A DNA stretch of 64,000 bases, taken from assembly GCF_009914755.1 (NCBI RefSeq), contig NC_060930.1, one strand, 5' to 3'. The stretch comes from the human T2T-CHM13v2.0 reference genome, Homo sapiens. Below the pieces are notes generated by a model that did not search any database, was not told the origin of the DNA, and worked only from the letters and a program-made list of their open reading frames with translations. Position 1 is the stretch's first letter, and every line of letters starts with the position of its first letter. A program made the translations under genes and the position numbers. Below are positions 13,880 to 25,183 of the stretch, piece after piece.

Positions 13880-14028
13880 TTACTGCTGCAAGCAGCAATG
13901 AGTTCCAGGTCTTATGCAGTAAGCAATCCTAATTTCATTTTCATGACACTGATTTTTACATTGACCATTACCTATTCTGCACTCTCTCCTCAAGTCCAAG
14001 CTACCATACTCAGGATATTTCTTTTTGG
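13880..14028 (-). CDS. DEFB110: Beta-defensin 110 proximal terminal exon (isoform a)
   Basis: Acceptor cccttcttacag|CC. Encodes (A)[48 protein letters not shown] with the six-Cys beta-defensin motif. With exon 1 it gives 55+149=204 nt, 67 aa. Confidence 0.97.
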
Positions 14029-14749
14029 CTGTAAGAAGGGAAGAATGACTAAAATTAGCCATCTAGCTATGACACATCCATGTTTTAAAAGGAGAAAGTC
14101 CATGAAGCAAAAGATTATAGAGTGAAAATGTCCACCTACCTATGGAGGAAAGTTTAAGTGAATTTACTGTCCCTTGGTACAAGCTACATTCTAGAAATAA
14201 AAAGGGTCTTGGACTTAAGTTAGGTGTTTCCACTTTCTGTCTTACAAGAAACTGGGCAGTGACCCAAGGATGGTTCCCTAAATCAATGGAAAAAAAGTGA
14301 CCATAATTTATCTTTTGGTCAGACTCTCTCTCTGCAATCATCTAATTGCATTTGAGCTGCCTGTTCTCTGCTCTCACTAACATTATTTAGACTGAATGTT
14401 GTGCTTTATGAATTCTTCTTCAAGTGATTTTCACTGTAGCTTGATTTTGCTTCTCTAAAATGTCAAGAGCTAGGCAACGCTAGTGAATTTGTCTAAATTC
14501 CTGCAACTCCCCTGAATATTTGGGGTTTATTTCCCAAAGAAATCATCTAACTCAGACATGTGTCTAATAACAACATTGATAAAGAAAAAAAAAGTGGAGC
14601 CATTGTTAACCATTACATGATTTCTGAAATTACCAGTGATACCTTTTTTTTTCTTTCACAAAAAAGTTTCTAAAATAATAACTTACAAACAATTTCTGTC
14701 AATTACTGTGTGTACTATTAAACCTTTTGACTAGGAATCAATAAACTAT

Positions 14750-14940
14750 TGTCAGGGAGCCAAATCCACCCTGCCACCTATTTTTGGAAGTAATTTTAGT
14801 GGCACGCAGACACACCCATTTGCTAACACATTGTCTATAACTGCTTTTGCATTAAAATAATGCAGTTGAGATCATAGGGTTCATAAAACCTACAATATTG
14901 GTTGTCTCACTTATTTCTAGAAAAAGTGTGTTAACTCCTA
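14750..14940 (+). mobile_element. MER58-like hAT DNA transposon fragment
   Basis: gagccaaatccaccctgccacctattttt ... acacacccatttgctaacacattgtctataactgctttt resembles MER58A. Confidence 0.6.
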
Positions 14941-16074
14941 CTCTGGCTTTATATTTTCTTATCAATCATGAAAGAATGGGTGAGGGATTTGTAGCTGGGG
15001 TCACAAGAAGACATGTCCAGGAGAGCAAAACTGCAACTAAAATTTGCACATTATAAGAAACACAAAATTTGACACAATACAAAAATAACTTTGTAATAGT
15101 CAAAGCTGTAAGAAAAGATATGTTTTTTTTTTAGCTTAAAGATGGACTCTCACTAGAAGTTTCTTATTTAGAATTGAATATATTTAGGGGGTTTGAGGAC
15201 ATTGGTTTGATTGGTTATGTGATCTATTCCAAGTCAATTTTTTTAAGTTTATATTTTAAATTGTACCAAGTCAAAATTTTTTTATTTTATATTTTAAATT
15301 GTACCCTGGCCGATTCGTTTTCAGAAGTCATTTGTTTTGTAGCCTTTTTTTTTTGTATACACATCAAATTCTTGACCAAAGGACAGATTTAATATTTTCA
15401 CATATGAAAACAAATAAATTATGCCACTGTTTCCTGCTATTAATTATTGCTTGGTCTTCTCAAAGGCCAGGCCTTTTGGCCTAGGCAGTCTGTCTGCAGT
15501 TCCAACAGCTGACACCTGATGGTGAGTAGTAATACCTGTTAGCTAATACATAGACTCAGAGCTACATTATCTATGTCATTGGTATAATGGCTATAAAACC
15601 AAGTCCTACTATTAATATTGGCTTTCTTCTCAATGTAACCAAAGCAATTCAGAGTATGAAGCAACTTAAAGAAACAAAAGCATAGAAGAGCATCTAGTTA
15701 ATCTGCACAATTTAAATATTCACTTCTAAAGATCATTACTTATTCTACATTTTCTGAGGAGTTATTATTATCAAACCCATATGTGATTACCCGTGACAGA
15801 CACCTGAATTATACTCACTTTTGGCAAAAGTTCTGTCATGTTTGGCACTGTTGTCCATGAATGCACCTTGGACTGACCCCACCCCTTCTCTTATTCATTC
15901 TTTGTCTTATTTCACCTTTCTAAAACATTATTGTCTTCTTTCTCCTCATTCTGACCTCTACATGTGTTCTCCAGTTTGTGTCCTTGGATTGCTAATCTCC
16001 TTTGCAAGCATTCATCTCCTCATTCAAATAGTATCAATTAAATATACTCCCTGTCAATTGGATGCCAAGCTCAA

Positions 16075-16293
16075 GGGCATGGTGTCTCACTCTAAGCAAT
16101 ATTGATCTTTTGAATAGGACAATTCTTTGCTCTAAGGGGCTGTTCCATGCATTGTAGGTTATTTAGCAGCATCCTGGGTTCTATCTACAACTGGTACTGT
16201 GCCAGTAGTACAAGTTGTGATGAGCTAAAAGGTCTCTAGACGTTGCCTGATGTTCCCTTGAGCACAAATTCACTCCTCTCTGAGAACCACTGG
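16075..16293 (-). mobile_element. MER20-like DNA transposon (reverse orientation)
   Basis: ggacaattctttg...gcattgtaggttatttagcagcatcctgg...tgagaaccactgg is a reverse-complement homolog of the element at 12294. Confidence 0.7.
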
Positions 16294-16783
16294 TCTAGTG
16301 ATACTTCGATATTTCAATAATTATTATTTCTGCCTTCAAATACATTGTTCAAGTCCAATCTGTCTGAAGTCTCTGATCATTACTTTCAACAAAGTAAAAT
16401 CTCTCTCCATTTCTGTCTCACATCACTTTTTGTTATGATATTATTTTAGATTCACAGAAGAGTTGCAAAGTTGGTGGAAGCCAGCTTCCACTTATGTTAT
16501 ATATTGCATAAACTTGGTAATGTTAATTAAGATTAACGAATTAATGTTGATGTAATAGTATTTACTAAGCTATTCAGATTTTGCCAGTTTTCATACTTGT
16601 TATTTTTGTCTGTTTTTCACTATTGTCTTTATTATCTGTTCTGGAGTCCAATCTAAAATACCACATTACATTTTTGTGAAATGATGTTTTAATCCCTATG
16701 TTATTATCATATTTTTTATCAAGAAACAACTTATGTCTTCTCAAATTTGTTAGTATAAATCCCCACAAATATTTGCATATTAC

Positions 16784-16838
16784 CTGGTAAAATTGTGACC
16801 CAAAAGTGCAGAATAAAGAAAAAAAGTTGAATCTTCAT
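16784..16838 (-). CDS. DEFB110: Beta-defensin 110 exon 1 (signal peptide MKIQLFFFILHFWVTILP)
   Basis: ATG at 16838-16836, 18 hydrophobic codons plus 1 nt, donor CCAG|gtaata (phase 1). Confidence 0.96.
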
Positions 16839-17060
16839 GGTAGAGAGTTTCTTAAAAAAAGGGGGCAACAGACCTCCTTTTTCAAGTCAGTTGTTTTGAA
16901 ATAAGGAAACAGAGATCCCTTTTATTTGTGGATTCTCCTGGGAAGTACTTTTAACCACTGAGGCTTATCAAGAGCAAGAACATTTGTATGCTTGGTTGAA
17001 TAGTGCCACCCTCAAAGAACATGAACTCAAAAAGTATTATTAAATTTTTCTCATAAAAGT
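16839..17060 (-). promoter_or_regulatory. DEFB110 5'UTR and proximal promoter
   Basis: Directly upstream of exon 1. Contains blocks conserved with three other paralogous copies in the window (TAAGGAAACA; GCTTAT.AAGAG; TATGCTTGGTTGAATAGTGCCA...CAAAG). Confidence 0.7.
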
Positions 17061-17393
17061 AAAACCTGCTGTGTAACCTTAACTAGACTTTCATGAAAAC
17101 AACACAGTTTTTAAGATATTTTATTTATAGGGGATATGTGTTTGGATTGCTAAATGTTATAGTAATCATCTCCTCTATTCTATGTTATATGTAATATTAA
17201 GTATTCTAATGCCTTAGTATAAAATTGTTGAATGCCTGAATCATAAGATTTTAGAGAAAAAGTTTCCATTGAGATCAGTTTTGTTTTGCTGATAAAACAA
17301 TGAGAACCAGGGAGATTAAATAACTTTATTTCAATTAATATAATATGCAATTATTTAAATAATCAGTAAATTCTGGATTCACTAAAAATGTGA

Positions 17394-17711
<318 letters not shown>

Positions 17712-17885
17712 AAGTCTTTGTATGATTCATAAATTTTCTATAGTCATCTGATTTCAAAATTTCAGGTTCAATGTTTTAATTCTGTTTATGGAACTGAAAA
17801 TTTCATATCTGATCTAAATTGCATGCTTGCAAAAACTATTATTTTGGATATGTGAGAAAGAGCTGGAAGTTTTGCCCAGTACTCA

Positions 17886-18235
<350 letters not shown>

Positions 18236-18281
18236 AAATCAATTAATCAATTATTTCCTACCACATAGTTAATTTTTAAGA

Positions 18282-18450
18282 CAGTGGTTCCTAAACTTTA
18301 GCTGCATCAGAATCCCTTAGAAAGCTTGCTAAAATCAGATTGCAGTGTCCCACCCCCGGCATTTCTGATTTAGTAGATCTGGAATAGGGACTAAAATTTG
18401 CTTTTCTAACAAGATCATTGAATGCTAATGCTGCTGAAAGGGACCACATA
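18282..18450 (+). mobile_element. MER5A hAT DNA transposon
   Basis: cagtggttcctaaactttagctgcatcagaatc...tttctgatttagtagatctgg...tttgcttttctaacaag. Confidence 0.8.
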
Positions 18451-18989
18451 TTAGTCTAGGAAACCTAACTCATTCATTCTATAATGTCTAGGAAAAATGT
18501 TTCACAGAGTCATAGAATCTGCAGCATACATTAATAAAGAATTAAAAGCTGCTTAGAGTTTCTAATCAAATATACTCACATTACTGGTGAGAAAAGTAAA
18601 ATCAAGATAGATGAACTTATTTACCTAGTAATTGTTATCCTTTGCAACAAATGCTTCATATTATAAAATAAAAATAACAACTTTTGGACTAAATCAATTA
18701 TGGGGAACTTGAGTTATCTATTTCCTTTCTGGGAAAGAAAAGAAAAATTGAGAATGCAGCATTAGTTGATAGGAGGAAGACCACTTCAGTATATCACTAT
18801 GCAACACTTAACTCAACAAATATTATTGAGCACTAAAATTAAGAGTTCAGTTATTGATTTCAAATTGATTTTGAATTGATTTCATCTTGTTGCAGTCAGA
18901 AAACATACAGAAGACTAAGAAAGGATTCCTATGAATAGAAAGTACTCTATTGACAAAGGTTAAAAAGAAAAAAAAAAGATAACTGTATC

Positions 18990-19820
18990 TCTAATACAGA
19001 GCATTTATCCCTTATCAATTGGTTTTGCTATTAGAATGGACAAAGATATCCTATGCAAAAGAAAACTGGAGAGACTAAACTGACATAACAGAAAATAGAC
19101 TTTAAGAAAAAAATTGTTACCAGAGACAAAGAATAACATTGGATAATAGTAAAATGGTCAATTCATCAAGAATATAGAGAAATTACAAATATTTGTGTAC
19201 CTAACATTAAAGCTCTGAAATGCAAGAAGTAATACATGACAGAATTGAAAGGAAAGATAGATAGACAATAAAAATAATACTTGAGGTCAATAATACCCCA
19301 CATTCAATAATGGATGCAAAAACTAGACAGACCAGTATGGAAACAGAAAAACTTTAGCAACCTTGTACGCTAACTAGACCAACAGATACTTGTAGAATAT
19401 TCCATCTATCAAAAGCAAAATACACATTATTTTCAAATGAATATGGAACATTCTCTATGATAGTCATATATTAGGTCACAAAACAAGTGTCAATATATTT
19501 AAAAATTGAAATTATACAAGGTACCTTCTTTGACTACAATGGAATAAATTTAAAATCTGTAACTGAAGAAAAATAAAAAAAATTTACAGATAACTGAAAA
19601 TTAAATAATATACTCCAAAATAATCACTGGTTCAAAAGTAAATCCAAAGATGAATTAGAATATGCTTAGTATGAATAATAACAAAAATACAATGTGCCAA
19701 AACTTATGAGATACAGTGAATGCATATGAAAATGCAAGAAACCTAAATAGCAGAAATCATCTTGAAAAAGGACAGTGTTGGAGGACTCACACTTCCTAAC
19801 TTCAAAACTTACTATCAAGA
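18990..19820 (+). mobile_element. Old L1M ORF2 (endonuclease region) fragment
   Basis: Degenerate L1 ORF2 5' sequence (aaaatagactttaag; ggtcaattcatcaagaa; catatattaggtcacaaaacaagt). Confidence 0.75.
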
Positions 19821-19829
19821 AACTGAGGA

Positions 19830-22800
19830 AGGTTGGAGCAAGATGGTGGAAGAGAAGGCTTCACTTATAGTCCCCTTACCACCCCCAACTGCAAGGGCAC
19901 CAATTTAACAATTATCTAAACAAGAAAACGCACCTTCATAAATAAATCAGGTGAGCACTCACAGCACCTGGTTTTAATTTCATGCTGAAAGAGGCACTGG
20001 AAGAGGGTAGGAGAAACAGTCTTAAATCACAGATACCACCCCCTTTTTTCATCCCTTGACAGTAGCTGAGTGGTGCAGAGAAAGAATCATGTGCTTGAGA
20101 GAGGGAGAGAACAGCAACTGTGAGACACTGCATTGAACTCAGTGCTGCTCTGACATAGCAGAAAGCAAAACTGGGTTGAACCCAGCTGATGCCCACTCAT
20201 GGAAGGAGTATTGAAACCAGCCCTAGCCAGAAGGTAGAATTTGATTCTTGGCAAGCCTTGCCGCTATAGTCTAAAGTGCCCTGGGCTCCGAATAAACTTG
20301 AAAGGCAGTCTAGGCCACAAGGACTGCAACTCCTATGTGAGTCCTAGTGCTGAACCGGGCTCAGAGCCAGTGAATGTGAGGAACATGAGACCTATTGAGA
20401 CACCAGTTGAGGTGGCTAAGAGAATGCTGGCATCACCTCTCCCCTAACCCCAGGCTACATAGCACACAGATCCAATAGATACTTCCTTCCATGTGAGGGT
20501 AGGAGAGAGATGAGTAAGGAGGTCATTGTTTTGCACAGTAGATAGGGAACCAGAGTCACGAGGCCCCCTTTCCGGGCCCTAGCTCCTGAGTGACATTTCT
20601 AGACACACCTTGAGCTGGAAGTGAACCCACTGCCTTGAATGGAAATTACCTGAGGGCCTTGGGAGAGACTCTGAGATATGCTGGCTTCAGGTAAGACTTA
20701 GCACATTCCCAGGAGTGATGGCTATGGAGAGAGACTCCTTCTGCTTAAGAAAAGCAGAGAGAAAGGTAAAGTGTGCTTTGTCTTGCACCTTAGGTACCAG
20801 CTTAGCTGCAGAGGGGTAGAAAACCAAGTAGGCTCTTGGGGTCCCAGATTCTAGGCCTTGGCTCCTGGGTTGCATTTCTGGACAAGCTGTTGGAAAGAGG
20901 GAAGAGCACTGTCCTTAAAGGTGAGTCTCAGGCCTGGTGGCATTTACCACAACCTGACTAAAGAGCCCCTGGACTTTAAAGGAACATCCATGGTAGACTG
21001 TTAGTATTCCCTGTGGGCCTGTGGTAGTAGTGCCTATGGGATGAGGCTCCTCTGACTGTTGAAAGGGGAGGGAAGAATGGGAAGAGCTGTGTATTGGGGT
21101 TTGAGTGTCAGCTAAGCTGCAGTATAATAGAATATCAGGTAGACGTCTAAGGTTTTTGACTCCAGTCCCTGGCACTCAGGTGGTACCTCTGGATACCTCC
21201 CCACATCAGGGCTTTAGGGAACTTGCCACCCTGAAGGGAAGGACACAAGCCTAACTGGCTTCACCATCTGCTGATTGTGGAGACCCAGGACCTTGAGTGA
21301 ACATAAGTGGTAGCCAGCTAGTGGTTACAGAGGGCCTTGGGTAAGACCCAGTGCTATGCTAGCTTCAGGTCTGATCCAGTGAAGTCCCAGTGGTGGTGGC
21401 GGCAGAGGTGTTTGTGTCACCTCATCCCCAGCTACAGTTAGCTCAGAAAAGAGAGATACTCCATTTGTTTGGGAGAAGGTAACAGAAGAGAAGAAGAGTC
21501 TCTACTAGGTAATCCAGAGTATTATTCCAAATCTTTTCTAAGACCATCAAGACATAGTACAATAAAATATAAATAGAAATAACAAAAATTTAAAAGCAGG
21601 AGGATGAAGTTGGGGTGTAGAGTTTTAATTCATTTTATTTTTGCTTGTTTAGTTTTTTTTTATGCAAACAGTGTTGTTACCAGCTTAAAATAATGAGTTA
21701 TAAGGTTGTATTTGCAATCCTCATGGTAACCTCAAATCAAAAACCATATAACAGATGTACAAAAATAAAAATCAATAAATTAAATCATATCACCAGAAAA
21801 AATCACCTCCACTAAAAGGAAGAGAGGAAGAAAGGAAAGACCACAAAACAACCAGAAAACAAGTAGCAAAATAGCAGGAATAAGTACTTACTTGTCTCCA
21901 ATCAAAAGACATAGAGTGGCTGAATTGATTAAAAACAAACAAACAAAAAAAAAACAGGCCGAGCGTGGTGGCTTATGGGCTCATGCCTATAATCCCTGCA
22001 CTTTGGGGATCGCCTGAGGTCAGGAGTTTGAGACCAGCCTGGCCAACATGATGAAACCCCATCTCTACTAAAAATTAAAAAAAATTAGCCAGGTGTGGTG
22101 GCGCGAGCCTGAGATACCAGCTCTTATTCCCAGCTACTCAGGGGGCTAAGGCAGGAGAATCGCTTGAACCCGTTGCAGTGAGCTGAGATCGCGCCACTGC
22201 ACTCCAGCCTGGACAACAAGAGTGAAATTCTGTCTCAAAACAAAAACAAAAACAAACAAACAAAAAAACAAGACCCAATAATCTGTTTTCTACAAGAATC
22301 ACACTTCATCTATAATGACACACATAGACTAAAAATAAATGGATGGGAAAATATATACCATGCCAACGAAAACCAAAAAAGACTGAGAATTGCTATACTT
22401 ACATGAGAAAAAATACATTTCAAGGCCAAAACTTTATAAAGAGACAAAGAAGGTCATTATATAAGGATAAAGGGGTCAATTCAGCAAGAGAACATATTAA
22501 TTGTAAGTATGAACCCAAAACTGGAGACCCCACATATGAAAAAAAATTATTAGAGCTAAAGGGAGAGATAGGCCCCAGTAAAATAATAGTTGTGTACTTT
22601 AACACCACACATTCAGCATTGGACAGATCTCTTGGACAGAAAATCAACAAATAAACATCAGATATAATCTGCACTATAGACAAAATGTATCTAATAGACA
22701 TTTACAGAATATTTCCTCCAATGGAGGCAGAATACACATTCTTTTTGTAAGCACATGGATCATTCTCAAGGATAGACCATATGTTAGGTCACAAAAGAAG

Positions 22801-24905
22801 TCTTAAAACATTCAAAAAATTAAAATTATATCAAGCATCTTCTCTGACCACCATGGAATAAAACTAGAAATCAACAGCAGGAGGAATTTTGGAAACTATA
22901 CAAACACATGGAAATTAAACAATATGCTCCTGAATGACCAGTGGGTCAATGAAGAAATTAAGAAGAAAATTGAAATTTTTCCTGAAATAAATGATAATGA
23001 AAACACAACATATCAAAACCTATGAGATACAGCAAAAGCAATACTAAGAGAGAAGTTTATCGCTATAAGTGCCTACATCAAAAAGGTGGAGAAACTTCAA
23101 ATAAACAACCTAACAATGTATCTTAAAGAACTAGTAAAGCAAGAGCAAACCAAACCCAAAATTAGTAGAAGATACAATAAAGATCAGATGAAAAATAAAT
23201 GAAATAAAATACAAAAGATCAATGAAACAAAGAGTTGGTTTCTTCAAGGTTTACAAAAATTTGACAACTCTTTAGCCAAACTAAGAAAGAAAGAGAGAAC
23301 ACCCAAACACATAAAATCAAAGATGAAAATGGAGACATTGCAATTGGTAGTGTAGAAATTCAAAGGATCATTAGTGGTTACTATAAGCAGCTATATGCCA
23401 TTATATTGGGAAATCTAGAAAAATGAATAAATTTCTAGACACATATAACCTATCAAGATTGACCCAGGAAGAAATTCAGACCACAGACAAGTAATGAGAC
23501 TGAAGCCGTAATAAAAAGTCTCACAACAAAGAAAAGCCCAGGACTCAATGGCTTCATTGCTGAATATTACAAAACATTTAAAGAAGAATTAATACCAATC
23601 CTACTCAAACTATTATGAAAAATAGAGGAGGAGAGAATACTTCCTAATCATTTTGTGAGGCATGATACCAAAATCAAACAAAGACATAACAAATAAAGAA
23701 AACTATAGGCCAATATCATTGATGAATATTGATACAAAAATCCTCAACAAAATGCCAGCAAACTGAATTCAACAATGCGTTAAAAAGATCTTTCATCATG
23801 ACCAAGTGGGATTTATCCCTGGGATGCAAGTATGGTTTAACATACTTGAATCAATGAGTGTGATACATCATGTAAACAGAATAAAGGACAAAAATCATAT
23901 GATAATTTCAATTGATGCTGAAAAAGCATTTGATAAAATTCAACATCTTTTCATGATAACAACCTTCAAAAAACTGGGTATACAAGGAACATACCTCAAC
24001 ATAATAAAAGCTATATTCAGCAGACCTACAGCTCTCATGCTGAATCTTCCTCTAAGATAGGGAACACAACCAGGAGACTCATTTTCCCCACTGTTGTTCA
24101 ACATAGTACTGAAGTCATACAAATAGTAATGAGACAAGAAAAAGAAATAAAGACCATCCAAATTGGAAAGGAAAAAGTCAAATTATCCTCTCCTTGTTTG
24201 CAGATGATATGATCTCATATTTGGAAAGTCCTGAAGACTCCACCAAAAAAACTTAGAACTGATATAAAAATGCAGTAAAATTGCAAGATACAAAATCAGC
24301 ATACGAAAATCAGTAGCATTTCTATATGCCAACCATGAACAATCTGAGAAAGAAATCAAGAAACTAATTCAATTTACACAAACTACAAGAAAAATAAAAT
24401 ACCTAAGAATTAATGTGACCAAAACAGTAAAAGATCTCTACAATGAAAACCATAAAGCATTGAGGGAAGCAATTGAAAAAGACAAAAAAACATGGAAAAA
24501 TATTCCATGTTCATTGTTTGGAAGAATCAATATTTTTAACATGACCATGTTACCCAAAGAAATCTACAGATTCAATAGAATCCCTACCAAAATACCAATG
24601 ACATTCTTCACAGAAATAGAAAAAAAAAATCCTAAAATTCATATAGAACCACAACAGACCCAGAATAGCCAAAGCCATCCTAAGCAAAAGGAACAAAACT
24701 GGAGGAATCATATTACCTGACTTCATATTATACTACAGAGTGATGGTAACCAAAACAGCATTGTAATGGCATAACTGCATGTAGATCACTGGTACAGAAT
24801 AGAAAACCCAAAGATGTATCCATACATCTACGGTGAACTCATTTTTGAGAAAGGTTCCAAGAACATAATTGAGGAGAGGACAGTCCCTTTAATAAAACAT
24901 GATGG
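19830..24905 (+). mobile_element. L1MA/L1PB-type element: 5'UTR plus ORF2, ORF1 missing, 3' end truncated
   Basis: 5' end ggagcaagatggtggaagagaagg, long GC-richer 5'UTR to about 21550, then inter-ORF and disrupted ORF2 (ORF track 22343, 23806 '[13 protein letters not shown]', 24415). Interrupted by an Alu at 21957. Confidence 0.85.
21957..22270 (+). mobile_element. Alu (AluS) with small indels, inserted in L1
   Basis: Alu body with (CAAA)n tail and A/C-rich TSD-like flanks. Confidence 0.93.
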
Positions 24906-25183
24906 GGCCAGGCACTGTGGCTTGCGCCTGTAATCCTAGCACTTTGGGAGGCTGAAGTGGGTGAATCACTTGAGTTCAGGAGTTCAAGACCAGCTTGGCC
25001 AACATGGTCAAACCCCATCTCTACTAAAAATACAAAAAATTAGCCGGGTGTGGTGGTGCATGCCTGTAATTCCAGTTACTCAGGAGGCTGAGGCAGGAGA
25101 ATAGCTTGAACCCAGGAGGCAGAGGTTGAAGTGAGCCGAGATTGTGCCACTGCACTGCAGGCTGAACCACAGAGCTAGACACC
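24906..25183 (+). mobile_element. Alu (AluSx/Sz-like) lacking its poly-A tail
   Basis: Alu body to ...agagctagac, fused directly to L1 5'UTR sequence. Confidence 0.92.

Larger units (their letters stand above)
4040..16838 (-). other. DEFB110: DEFB110 coding gene span (one signal exon, two alternative terminal exons)
   Basis: Exons at 16784-16838, 13880-14028 and 4040-4173 have compatible phase-1 GT-AG junctions. The peptides match the recalled DEFB110 isoforms. Confidence 0.93.

Noticed and set aside
14029-14062. N-terminus [11 protein letters not shown] of ORF 13880-14062 as a single-exon defensin start
   Set aside because: It is intronic polypyrimidine tract read through the acceptor, has no signal peptide, and the true exon 1 is at 16784-16838.
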